From Oligoflexales bacterium (GTDB lineage: Bacteria; Bdellovibrionota_B; Oligoflexia; Oligoflexales; JAPPIL01): a stretch of 64,000 bases of DNA. A program made the translations under genes and the position numbers. The notes below the pieces were generated by a model that was not told the DNA's origin, did no database searches, and saw only the letters and a program-made list of their open reading frames with translations. Every line of letters begins with the position of its first letter. The first letter of the stretch is position 1. Positions 1-8,884 of this stretch are shown one piece after another. The stretch covers positions 448,001-512,000 of the forward strand of contig OZ244057.1 of assembly GCA_965215515.1 (NCBI GenBank), written 5' to 3'.

Positions 1-2459
1 ATTTTTTCTTCGTTAAGTCCCAACAAAAACTCGACATAATGGTTGGAAAAAAGATTTTCTATATATTCCCTGATTTCAATGACATTTTTATCTTGATTCT
101 CTTCTTGTGATATCACAACCTTTTCTTTTTTAGTGATAGTAAAAAGAAATAGTGCATGGTAGTAAACAGTCATGAAATAATTTTTCTCATTCATTTTAAT
201 TTTTTCTTCACTGGGATTTTTGTCTTTGTGGTTAAACTTTTTGAATACTGAACTATCCATATTAATGAATATTTGTTCTAGCTTGTCATCAACAAGTAAG
301 TACACTACCTTGTTGTAATCCATAGTCCCGCCCATGTTTTCTATATCACTCCAGCATTTAGCTTTTGAGTCGTTATCGTTCTCCTTGTAAACTCTCACTG
401 CCGGTGGCAACTTCAAATTAGCGGAATTAGTCTCTGTTCTTCTTGGTGTCTTTTGTAGGGCAGCAGTGGGTTCGCTTATCTTCACCCAAAAAATTTCGTC
501 AAACTCTCCTTCAGGAGCGTTAGGGCTGCTTAGGCTCACCTTAATTTTTGCCTCATCACCAACCATGAGCTGCTTGTTGGGTGATAAGTGAAGTTTTATC
601 TTGCCCTCTTGTGGGCTGCTCTTCGTTACAGTGAAAACATCCTCAATCTTTTCTGCTCTTCCTGTAGTGCAATCACTATCAGTATCGTTAGAGTTAAAAT
701 CAAGCAAGCCAACATCCATATTGCCAGCCTCTTCAACACGATCAAAATAATTGTTTTCCACATCGGTATCGAAATAAATAGTTTTCTCACCTCCTCGTGG
801 CACACTCACTGCATTAGTATCGTCACGTTTGCTGCGAAGCTTGAAATGTGCGGGAAAACGTTGGGGAGAAAATGGTTTCTCATCTTCGTGTCGCTTCTTT
901 TTTATAGTTTTATAGGTGGGAAATATATCCCTACCCGCCTTACTTTTACCTGACTTTATAACTTGACTACACAGCCTTGCCAGTTCTTCACTCAACGGCA
1001 GATTGTGTGAAGTGGATTCGATTAGCTCCTCATTACCCTCATTGCCTGAAACAATAGATGCTTTACGCCGCTCTGAAATTTCTTTTAAACGTCCATCTTT
1101 GAGCTCACTTTTAAGAAACTCTCGCAGCTTTTTAGTTTCTTCACCGCCCTTCAGACGATCACGGGAAGCCATAAACAGCTCATCACGAAAACTTCTTTGC
1201 ACATCAGTGCAATCAACGTGAATGAGAAGATAGTCATTGAGCAAGTTCATCTTCAGCGACATGCTGATGAACTCACTAGTGAGATGGCCATGTACTTGAC
1301 CGTTGATAGAGAACAGTACTGACATGTTGTTCTTAAAAAACTCTCGTCGTATACTTTCTTTGGATTCTTTAGCGGTTTTGCCATCAATTTTTGCTTTAAA
1401 CACATAGCAGGTAATCTTTGTTGCTCCGATAGTCCTGTTACTCAAGCTAAGTGAAAAACTATCTTCAACATATTTATTCCCTTCCTCTTCCTCACTATTC
1501 TTGTCTCTGTTATCGCCCTTTTTTTCAAGCTTTCTCTTTAGACCATACAAGCCTCTCTTTAGGCTACTTTTAGGGTAACGTTCTTCCTTTTCAATGGTAT
1601 AAACAGGCAGAACAGGTTCAAATAGGTACTCGTTGATGCTTGCATTGAGGTCTCTAGATATATCAGATATTCCTTTAAGGGTGTAGGAATATAACTTGAT
1701 GATTGTGCCAGTAGTGAAGCTTCTCTTGAATAAGTTCAGCTCAAGGGTATCTACCGCAAAAGATGGTATTTCACCGTCAATTTTAAGGTATTCATACCAA
1801 GTATTTTTCTTGTTTTTCTCCTCTTCTGCAGTCATAGGGTGCTTTCTGATCAAGGTGAAGCCAAACTTGCCAGTGTCATCATATTTTTTTGAACCGATCA
1901 ATTGATAGCGTTTTTTGCCACAAAAGACGATAGCACCACTGCCACCCATATTGTATTTACCTTGCACAAACTGAATTTCATTCTTGTTGCCACGCACTAG
2001 AGACAGAAACGTATTCTCAAAATCATCTGGGTGCTGTCCTTCACCATCATCGTAAATTATCAAAGATGTGTCTCTCCTCTTCCCATCCGCTAATATTTGG
2101 ATATTCTCTGCCTGCTTATTTCTATTTTCAGTTAGATCCCAGTCCTTATATTCAGGGAAAAATTTTTCCTTTGCCTCTATCATCGACTGAGGAGCGTCTT
2201 TAGATTTGGGGTCAATACCTGCCTCTAAACATTTTTTAGTAAGCACTGCATCAATTGAGTTGGTGATTTTTTCTATCAATGCCGCTACAGGGTTAGCTTG
2301 CTGGTTCTCTACAATGCCATAGTTATTATCATTTCCACCGAGTGGCTGCCAATTACAGTCTGGCAATGCGTCAATGCTTTGCACAACCTTATCAACATCA
2401 GCTTCAGTGCCAGCGAAGTAGAGACGATTGAAAAGATCTTTCAATTCAGATTCTTGCAT
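1..2459 (-). CDS. Large GHKL (HATPase_c / prokaryotic MORC-like) ATPase, >819 aa, 3' end outside window
   Basis: Absent from the ORF track, apparently because no stop lies in the window. Hand translation from ATG 2459 gives MQESELKDLFNRLYF... with Bergerat-fold motifs EKITNSIDA, IYDDGEG, QGKYNMGGSG and TGTIIKLY. The same frame is still open at position 1 (..ENLFSNHYVEFLLGLNEEK). Confidence 0.75.
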   Translation of the reverse strand, partial: MQESELKDLFNRLYFAGTEADVDKVVQSIDALPDCNWQPLGGNDNNYGIVENQQANPVAALIEKITNSIDAVLTKKCLEAGIDPKSKDAPQSMIEAKEKFFPEYKDWDLTENRNKQAENIQILADGKRRDTSLIIYDDGEGQHPDDFENTFLSLVRGNKNEIQFVQGKYNMGGSGAIVFCGKKRYQLIGSKKYDDTGKFGFTLIRKHPMTAEEEKNKKNTWYEYLKIDGEIPSFAVDTLELNLFKRSFTTGTIIKLYSYTLKGISDISRDLNASINEYLFEPVLPVYTIEKEERYPKSSLKRGLYGLKRKLEKKGDNRDKNSEEEEGNKYVEDSFSLSLSNRTIGATKITCYVFKAKIDGKTAKESKESIRREFFKNNMSVLFSINGQVHGHLTSEFISMSLKMNLLNDYLLIHVDCTDVQRSFRDELFMASRDRLKGGEETKKLREFLKSELKDGRLKEISERRKASIVSGNEGNEELIESTSHNLPLSEELARLCSQVIKSGKSKAGRDIFPTYKTIKKKRHEDEKPFSPQRFPAHFKLRSKRDDTNAVSVPRGGEKTIYFDTDVENNYFDRVEEAGNMDVGLLDFNSNDTDSDCTTGRAEKIEDVFTVTKSSPQEGKIKLHLSPNKQLMVGDEAKIKVSLSSPNAPEGEFDEIFWVKISEPTAALQKTPRRTETNSANLKLPPAVRVYKENDNDSKAKCWSDIENMGGTMDYNKVVYLLVDDKLEQIFINMDSSVFKKFNHKDKNPSEEKIKMNEKNYFMTVYYHALFLFTITKKEKVVISQEENQDKNVIEIREYIENLFSNHYVEFLLGLNEEK

Positions 2460-2486
2460 CTTGATAGCCTATCTTAATAGGTCTCC

Positions 2487-2513
2487 TTATCGTCATAATT
2501 TATGTAAAACTTA
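2487..2513 (-). promoter_or_regulatory. sigma28-like promoter upstream of the GHKL ATPase
   Basis: TAAG-N15-GACGATAA on minus strand vs consensus TAAA-N15-GCCGATAA. Confidence 0.4.
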
Positions 2514-2683
2514 ACATTGTTGTTAAAAAGTAGAGATTTCAAATTGTTAGACGATAAATAATCTTCTCCCTACGAGTAAACCCTCTTATTCCACACTTCC
2601 TGTTTCGGCAAGATTATTGTGTGATTTCTCATGAAAATAGTCTTTTATATTCAGTATGTTATGGTTAAAAAATACATGAAACT

Positions 2684-2710
2684 TTACTTTTTGGCAGAAT
2701 TATCCGATAA
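2684..2710 (+). promoter_or_regulatory. sigma28-like promoter upstream of abiEi
   Basis: TTAC-N15-TCCGATAA, followed by AGGAGG RBS before GTG 2729. Confidence 0.35.
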
Positions 2711-2728
2711 TAGGTGTAGGAGGTTGTT

Positions 2729-3331
2729 GTGAAAAGGAAGACATCGCTACAAATGATGCAGGATGCTCTCAAGCCTGGCGGGGTATATCGTCGCTCCGAT
2801 TTTACTAAGCTGTCGTCTAACGTAGACCGAGACTTAGCCCAGCTGGTTGAGAACCGCAGTCTTCAGAGATTGCAACGTGGTATCTACCTATGTCCAAAAC
2901 ATACGATTTTTGGTCAAGACATACCAGACGAGAAAAAACTGCTATACAAGTTTCTGAATGACAATCGGTTTATTGTCTACAGCCCTTGCATGTTCAATAT
3001 GCTTGGGTTCGGCACTACCCAGCTGTATAATAAAGTAGTTGTTCTCAACTACAAAAGACAAGGCAAAATAGCAGTTGGCGATCGCGTTTTCTTTTTTCGC
3101 CGTCGCAAAAGAGTGCCTCGTACTGCAACCAAAGAATTTTTGTTAGTAGAAATGCTCAACTGTCGTTATGAGCTAGCCGAGGACATGCCGTGGGTTATAG
3201 GAAATATGCAGAAGCAATTACACCGATTTGATCGCAAGCTTCTTAAACGATCCGCTAAACTTTTTGGCAAAAGATCAACCCAAAAAACTGTAACACAACT
3301 CCTACAAGGACAGATACGTGTATCTCCATAA
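2729..3331 (+). CDS. AbiEi-like type IV antitoxin / wHTH regulator
   Basis: N-terminal wHTH-like segment (..LQRLQRGIY), NMLGFGTTQ motif; overlaps the downstream nucleotidyltransferase gene. Confidence 0.7.
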   Translation: MKRKTSLQMMQDALKPGGVYRRSDFTKLSSNVDRDLAQLVENRSLQRLQRGIYLCPKHTIFGQDIPDEKKLLYKFLNDNRFIVYSPCMFNMLGFGTTQLYNKVVVLNYKRQGKIAVGDRVFFFRRRKRVPRTATKEFLLVEMLNCRYELAEDMPWVIGNMQKQLHRFDRKLLKRSAKLFGKRSTQKTVTQLLQGQIRVSP

Positions 3332-4283
3332 CCGCAAGGACTTCAAAACCATAGTTAGATTATCTGCCGCTAAAAATAACGTCTTCAACCCCTATTTAGC
3401 AGAAAAAGACTACTGGATTATGCATTGCTTGCACAGCCTTTCATGTCTTGGTTTGCAGTTAGAACTAAAGGGGGGCACGTCTCTATCAAAGGGCTATGGC
3501 ATAGTTGAAAGATTTTCAGAAGATATTGACATAAAAATAGAGCCTGATGAACCTGTAACAGGTCTTAAGGTATACACAGGTAAAAATCACGACAAGAAAG
3601 CACACCGTCAGTCTAGAAAAAATTATTTTGATTGGCTTGCACGTGCTTTACATGGCAAAATTAATGGCATAACTAGTGTTGCAAGAGCTGAAAGCCTTGA
3701 CGACAAAAAGTTCAGAAACGGTGCTATTTTGTTGAGTTACAAATCACATTTCCGCGAAATAGAAGGGATAAGGCCTACCATCCTTCTAGAGGTTGGCTTT
3801 GACAAGACAGTTCCCAACAGCAAAAGAGACATCACTTCGTGGACTTTTGATGAAGGGCACGCCGCATTAGGTGATGCTATTACCGATAACAGAGCAAAGA
3901 ATATGCTCTGTTACGACCCAAGATATACGTTTGTGGAAAAACTGCAAGCAATTGTCAGCAAATACACTACATATAAAAATAACAAGCATGGTGTCAATCT
4001 TCCCAACAATTTTTTACGTCACTACTACGATATCTACTATTTGTTAGGAGTAAAAGAAGTTGTAAATTTTATTAATACTGATGAGTATAAGCGATACAAG
4101 CAAGAACGTTTCCGAAGTCATGACACTGTTATTAAGAATTGCGAGGGATTTAGTCTCAAAGATACCGAAGAGCGGAAAATATTCATGCACAGCTATCAAA
4201 CATCATCTGCTCTCTACTATAAAGGGCAGATCCCACTTGACAAAATACTAAAAAGAATCGCTGACTTTCTTCACATCCTCTAG
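3318..4283 (+). CDS. AbiEii/AbiGii-family nucleotidyltransferase toxin
   Basis: EKDYW, LKGGTSLSK, RFSEDID, EKL and RHYYD motifs. Confidence 0.9.
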   Translation: MYLHNRKDFKTIVRLSAAKNNVFNPYLAEKDYWIMHCLHSLSCLGLQLELKGGTSLSKGYGIVERFSEDIDIKIEPDEPVTGLKVYTGKNHDKKAHRQSRKNYFDWLARALHGKINGITSVARAESLDDKKFRNGAILLSYKSHFREIEGIRPTILLEVGFDKTVPNSKRDITSWTFDEGHAALGDAITDNRAKNMLCYDPRYTFVEKLQAIVSKYTTYKNNKHGVNLPNNFLRHYYDIYYLLGVKEVVNFINTDEYKRYKQERFRSHDTVIKNCEGFSLKDTEERKIFMHSYQTSSALYYKGQIPLDKILKRIADFLHIL

Positions 4284-4459
4284 CTGAGTGATTGCTTTGA
4301 TTTGCATGTTTCTGCCTCTCCTACCCACAATTTGTGTAAAAATTAAATTTATTGCTAAAAAAATAATCATATCAAACCACTAGACTATATTTATTGCTTT
4401 TGCCGACTTTATTTTCCATAGTGAAATATTAGGGCTAATTTAACAATTTATGGCGAGGC

Positions 4460-5281
4460 ATGATGAGCTATCTTAATGTTGAAGAGCAGGCACGCCACAT
4501 CGTTTCGTTGTCAGGGGGTAAGGACTCGACTGCACTAGCGGTGTATTTGAAAAACAAAATCCCCAACTTGGAGTATGTTTTTTGTGATACGGGGGCTGAG
4601 TTGGTCGAAACCTATGATTATTTGGATCGGGTCGAATCTTATTTGGAACGCAAGATTGTGCGCCTCAACAGCGGCAAGACGTTTGAGGAATTTCTCGATA
4701 AGCACCGCCAGTTTTTGCCTTCGCCACAGGCGCGTTGGTGTACGGCAGAGATGAAAATCAAGCCGTATGAGGACTATATCGGCAAAGATCGCTGCTACTC
4801 CTACATTGGCATTCGTGCTGATGAGCGGCGGGGTGGCTATATCTCTAGGCTACCGAACATCACGCCTGTATATCCATTCAAAGATGATGGCATCAATCGG
4901 GCAGGTGTTTACAAAATTCTGGAGGATTCAGGGCTAGGATTGCCAAAGTATTACGAATGGCGGTCACGTTCAGGTTGCTATTTTTGTTTTTTTCAGCGTA
5001 CCATTGAATGGGTTGGCTTGCTGGAGAGGCATCCCCAGCTATTTGCTAAAGCTGAAGAGTTTGAGCGACAGGGTTATGCAGGTGATGACGTAAAATTTAC
5101 GTGGGTGCAAGGAAGAACACTTGACTGGATCAGAGAAAACAAGGATAAGATCAAGGAATCGCACCGCATGAGGATGGAGAAGGCAGCTGCGATGCGGAAG
5201 AGCACTAATATTCACGATGTGTTTGCCGAAGCTACCGATCAGGAAACGGCCACCAAGCCTTGTGATATATGTGAGATATGA
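4460..5281 (+). CDS. PAPS-reductase family protein, SspD/DndC-like
   Basis: PP-loop SGGKDS, FCDTG, RWCT..K, GIRADE, RSGCYFCFFQ, C-terminal CxxC; 273 aa. Confidence 0.8.
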   Translation: MMSYLNVEEQARHIVSLSGGKDSTALAVYLKNKIPNLEYVFCDTGAELVETYDYLDRVESYLERKIVRLNSGKTFEEFLDKHRQFLPSPQARWCTAEMKIKPYEDYIGKDRCYSYIGIRADERRGGYISRLPNITPVYPFKDDGINRAGVYKILEDSGLGLPKYYEWRSRSGCYFCFFQRTIEWVGLLERHPQLFAKAEEFERQGYAGDDVKFTWVQGRTLDWIRENKDKIKESHRMRMEKAAAMRKSTNIHDVFAEATDQETATKPCDICEI

Positions 5282-6750
5282 CTACTGCTGACGGCGAGCG
5301 TACCATTCACAGAGGGAGAACAGCTATTGAACGCCATTCCTGTTCGCAGCCAGTCAGACTTGCCTTGCGTGATGCGATCATCAGGCGTGAGTTAAGTTTC
5401 TTTGATTATGGCTGTGGTCGTGGGGCTGACGTATCTTTTCTCGCGACTCAAGGTGTGGCGGCGAATGGCTACGATCCTTGTTTTTTTCCACAAGCCCCTA
5501 AGACTGCTGCCCATGTCGTTAATCTTGGCTACGTTATCAATGTCATCGAAGACCATACCGAGCGTATCTCAGTGATCAAAGATGCCTTTGCTCTTGCCCA
5601 ACTGTGCCTAATCGTTGCAGCACAAACAAAGGCCGCGGCTATCAGTGGTGCAGCTGTTTTCAATGATGGCTATGTCACCAAGCGCAACACTTTCCAAAAG
5701 TACTACGGTCAGAACGAGCTACGTGACTTACTGCACAAGGTGCTGAACATTACTCCTTACCCCGCGGGGCCTGGTATCTTCTATATTTTCAAGGACGAGA
5801 AGGCACGCAATACTTATCTCGCAGTGAGATATGACTCGACAAGGTTGTTGCGTTTCAACAGCAACCGCACGTGGCAACGTCAACAGGTGCAAGAGTTACG
5901 GGAACAACGGTTGCAAAATTCTGACGCAGCTGGTCCGCTAATTGAATGGGTTAGCATACATGCTCGTTTTCCTACTGATTTTGAGTTTCCAGCACTAGAC
6001 AAAATCCTTGCTCTAGGAATATCATATAAATTTTTGCAAGAGTGGGTCTTTGCTAATCTCGATCAAGAAATTTTGGCAACCACACGTAAGATTCGGCAAC
6101 AAGATATTCTGCTAATGCTTGCTTTGACACGTTTTGAAGGAAGACCTAAGCTAAGTGCCTTGCCTGACAGGGCCAGACATGACATCAAATCTTTTTTCAA
6201 CAGCTACCAGAATGCCTGTGAAGAGGCTGACCGTTTGCTGTTCAGTGTTGGCAAGGTTGATACGATTCGCCAAGCAATTGAACAAGCAACAGTAGGCAAA
6301 AAACTTCCTGACAGCCTCTATGTGCATACTTCCGCCGTCCCCTACTTACCCTTGGCCTTGCAGGTCTTTGTCGGTTGTGGGCGTGCTGTTGTCGGTGATA
6401 TGGAGGGTGACGTAATTGTAAAAATTCTCAAAAAGGCAACTTCGGTGTCTTTTTTGCTTTACCGCAACTTTGACACCGACCCACACCCAGAACTGTTATT
6501 GTCAACGAAGGTTGATTTGCGCAGTGGACACTCCTACCCACGTGATTACAGCAAATCGGATAATCCGCCCATACTGCATCGCAAGGAAACCTTCGTCACC
6601 AAAGACTACCCACACTATGAAGAATTTTGTCGTACTACAGCACACGAAGAAAAACTTGGCTTGCTGAGCAGAAACGGCATTGGCTTTCGCAAAAGCTGGC
6701 AGAGGTTACTCACCGAAATCAGCGAGGGCAATCAGCCGCCCACTGCTTAA
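5278..6750 (+). CDS. DNA phosphorothioation-associated putative methyltransferase (TIGR04096-like)
   Basis: RTAIER..S.PV, SAM motif FDYGCGRGAD, VNLGYVINVIED, TFQKYY, NPPILHRKETF; ATGA overlap with upstream gene. Confidence 0.85.
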   Translation: MTTADGERTIHRGRTAIERHSCSQPVRLALRDAIIRRELSFFDYGCGRGADVSFLATQGVAANGYDPCFFPQAPKTAAHVVNLGYVINVIEDHTERISVIKDAFALAQLCLIVAAQTKAAAISGAAVFNDGYVTKRNTFQKYYGQNELRDLLHKVLNITPYPAGPGIFYIFKDEKARNTYLAVRYDSTRLLRFNSNRTWQRQQVQELREQRLQNSDAAGPLIEWVSIHARFPTDFEFPALDKILALGISYKFLQEWVFANLDQEILATTRKIRQQDILLMLALTRFEGRPKLSALPDRARHDIKSFFNSYQNACEEADRLLFSVGKVDTIRQAIEQATVGKKLPDSLYVHTSAVPYLPLALQVFVGCGRAVVGDMEGDVIVKILKKATSVSFLLYRNFDTDPHPELLLSTKVDLRSGHSYPRDYSKSDNPPILHRKETFVTKDYPHYEEFCRTTAHEEKLGLLSRNGIGFRKSWQRLLTEISEGNQPPTA

Positions 6751-6799
6751 GTGCGCTCTTGCTCCATCCACCAATTGTAGACAGCATCGGGGCACAATT

Positions 6800-8071
6800 C
6801 TATCCATCCGTCCAGCCAAGCCAATCCTCCGCGAGCGTTTCCCACACTGCATGCCCAAGCCGTTCACCTCTTTTCTTGATAGCTTCGTCGTTGAGGTGGT
6901 TGTTTTTGTCGAGATAGCTATCACCATAGGAAATTACCTCTCTCAAGATTTCAAGATAAGGCATACCATCACCAGTGTCTTTCCTCTCTAGGCATTGTTC
7001 GTATATTCTTCTTTTGGAGACAAAGTTTTCTTTCCCTGCTTTGGCGTTAATCTTTTGTGGAAGCAGAACTAAGTTGCCAATTCTGTTGATTGTCTTGTAG
7101 CTTTGTGGGACAATGTGCTCTATCGATTTGTAGTCATATTCTTCATAGTTTTGTATAGTGAGAAACTTCAATTTTGATTTTACAAAAGCTTGTGTTTCTG
7201 GGTCAAAATGCATTTTATGAAATGCAACAAACAAAACAAACCTCGTAAATTTTATTCGCTTATAGATGTTAATGTCTGCGAATTCTTTAATCCACTCTCC
7301 TCTAGTCATATCTCTATTTTTCCATTTCTTTAGTAGACATTTTCTGAGCTCGTTTCTTAATCCAGCAGCATCGTAGCCTTCACGAAAGAGAGCTTCTGTA
7401 ATATTTTTGTACTGGTTATCTATTCTATCTGTACCAGCGTCAGCAGCAACCCCACGCCAAAGACAGCTAAATGCAGCACATGCCTTGACTACCTCGTCTC
7501 TCTCCCTATTTTCTGCAAATTTAAACAGGATAGGAATGACTCTGTCATGAGCTATGGACTTCAGAAATTCAAAGCAGACGGCGGCTTCTCCAGTCGTAAA
7601 TATACTTTTACCGTTCGCTTTTTCCCAGTTGTTTTCTATAATAAAGTTATGGATATCACAAATACTGTCAATGTAATCCGGAATTTTATCTTCCATCTCA
7701 TTTGATATTTTATCGAGAATAACTCTCTTATCACGTAGACTAGTGAATTTATCTGTATTCAACTCCTCATGCATCATGCTTAGGAACAGAAGCAATCTAT
7801 CTGTGTACTTGTTCTGTTTGTTTTTTTTCATTTTCATATTACTAAGTGATGTTTCAACTTTATTTAGCCGATCTGCTATTTTTTCCTTTTGTGTCTTTTT
7901 GTAAATACGAGATTTTAGCATTTCAAATGCAGTTAGTGGCTCTCCTGTTGAGTTGAAGGTATTGAATATATCAATAGCATAGTCCTCAGAAAGCTCGCCT
8001 TGAACAACAAGAAAGCAAAACTGTGATCTGTCAAGAACATACGAGGCATATTTTAGAAAATCACCTCCCAT
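6800..8071 (-). CDS. C-terminal part of SspE/GmrSD-like protein (end of DUF262 plus DUF1524 HNH-type nuclease)
   Basis: EDYAIDIFNTFNSTGEPLTAFE; SIEHIVPQ...IGNLVLL...N. Confidence 0.8.
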   Translation of the reverse strand: MGGDFLKYASYVLDRSQFCFLVVQGELSEDYAIDIFNTFNSTGEPLTAFEMLKSRIYKKTQKEKIADRLNKVETSLSNMKMKKNKQNKYTDRLLLFLSMMHEELNTDKFTSLRDKRVILDKISNEMEDKIPDYIDSICDIHNFIIENNWEKANGKSIFTTGEAAVCFEFLKSIAHDRVIPILFKFAENRERDEVVKACAAFSCLWRGVAADAGTDRIDNQYKNITEALFREGYDAAGLRNELRKCLLKKWKNRDMTRGEWIKEFADINIYKRIKFTRFVLFVAFHKMHFDPETQAFVKSKLKFLTIQNYEEYDYKSIEHIVPQSYKTINRIGNLVLLPQKINAKAGKENFVSKRRIYEQCLERKDTGDGMPYLEILREVISYGDSYLDKNNHLNDEAIKKRGERLGHAVWETLAEDWLGWTDG

Positions 8072-8076
8072 TTCTT

Positions 8077-8685
8077 CTATTTCTTCCCCAAAAATACTGG
8101 GTATTTTAAAAATACTGGGTATTTTTTTGCATCGATGTTGGTTATTTCATTACTCTTAAAAAGATATTTCAGAATATCTGCTTCAAGAGCTAGAGCGCTA
8201 TCATGTTCGACACTGCGCTCCCTTTCCAGTCTTTCAGTGGTGGATAAGGCGTTACAAATAGTATCAACTATTTTTTCCTCTTCAATCTTTTTTCTAATTA
8301 AAATTTCCTTTTTGTTATTATCAGTTTCCTGCTCTATGGTCTCTTTGAGATGTTGTCCCCCCGAAGTAAGTTCTTTTTTAATAAGCTTCAACAAAATTAA
8401 AAATGAAGTTATCCTCTGCTGTCCATCAATCAGAATATATTTCTTCTCCATGCGTCTTCCTTCAACTTTCTCTGCCACAATTATTGAGCCAAAGAATGCT
8501 GGTAAATTTTGTTCTTTGCTATCTCTTATGGTTGTCATTAAATCTTTAAAATTTTCACTAATCCACGAATAAGGTCGCTGATAGACAGGAATGATAAAAC
8601 GATTTTTGAGAATTTCCCTTAGCGAAATAAGTCTTGAGTTCCTGTTTTCGTTCTCTACGATAATTATTTCTGCTTCACTACTCAC
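8077..8685 (-). CDS. N-terminal DUF262 part of the same gene (frameshifted; pseudogene or recoded)
   Basis: IPVYQRPYSW, FFGSII, LIDGQQR; DUF262 motifs continue in another frame at 8071. Confidence 0.8.
   Translation of the reverse strand: MSSEAEIIIVENENRNSRLISLREILKNRFIIPVYQRPYSWISENFKDLMTTIRDSKEQNLPAFFGSIIVAEKVEGRRMEKKYILIDGQQRITSFLILLKLIKKELTSGGQHLKETIEQETDNNKKEILIRKKIEEEKIVDTICNALSTTERLERERSVEHDSALALEADILKYLFKSNEITNIDAKKYPVFLKYPVFLGKK
8090..8125. repeat. Perfect 18-bp tandem duplication overlapping a T7 run (8122-8128)
   Basis: aaaaatactgggtatttt x2. Confidence 0.95.
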
Positions 8686-8884
8686 CCCTCCGCCCCTTCC
8701 TATTTAATTACAATCAAATCACTCCCCGTGATCGGAAGATTGCGTTATTTCTTTAGTGGCAGTATTTGCCTGGTCTGTGTGATTTAGATTGGATGTCTTA
8801 TCATTCTTGCCTGCCCAGCCCTGTTGGGAGAAGCATCTACAACCCCTGCGCGGACATTTTGCAGTGGTGCTGCGACGACCCCGA

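Noticed and set aside
588..1905. Short + strand ORFs in the track
   Set aside because: Antisense shadows of the GHKL ATPase gene
4460..5281. CysH of sulfate assimilation
   Set aside because: The RSGCYFCF motif, C-terminal CxxC and defence context fit SspD/DndC-like proteins; no cys genes nearby
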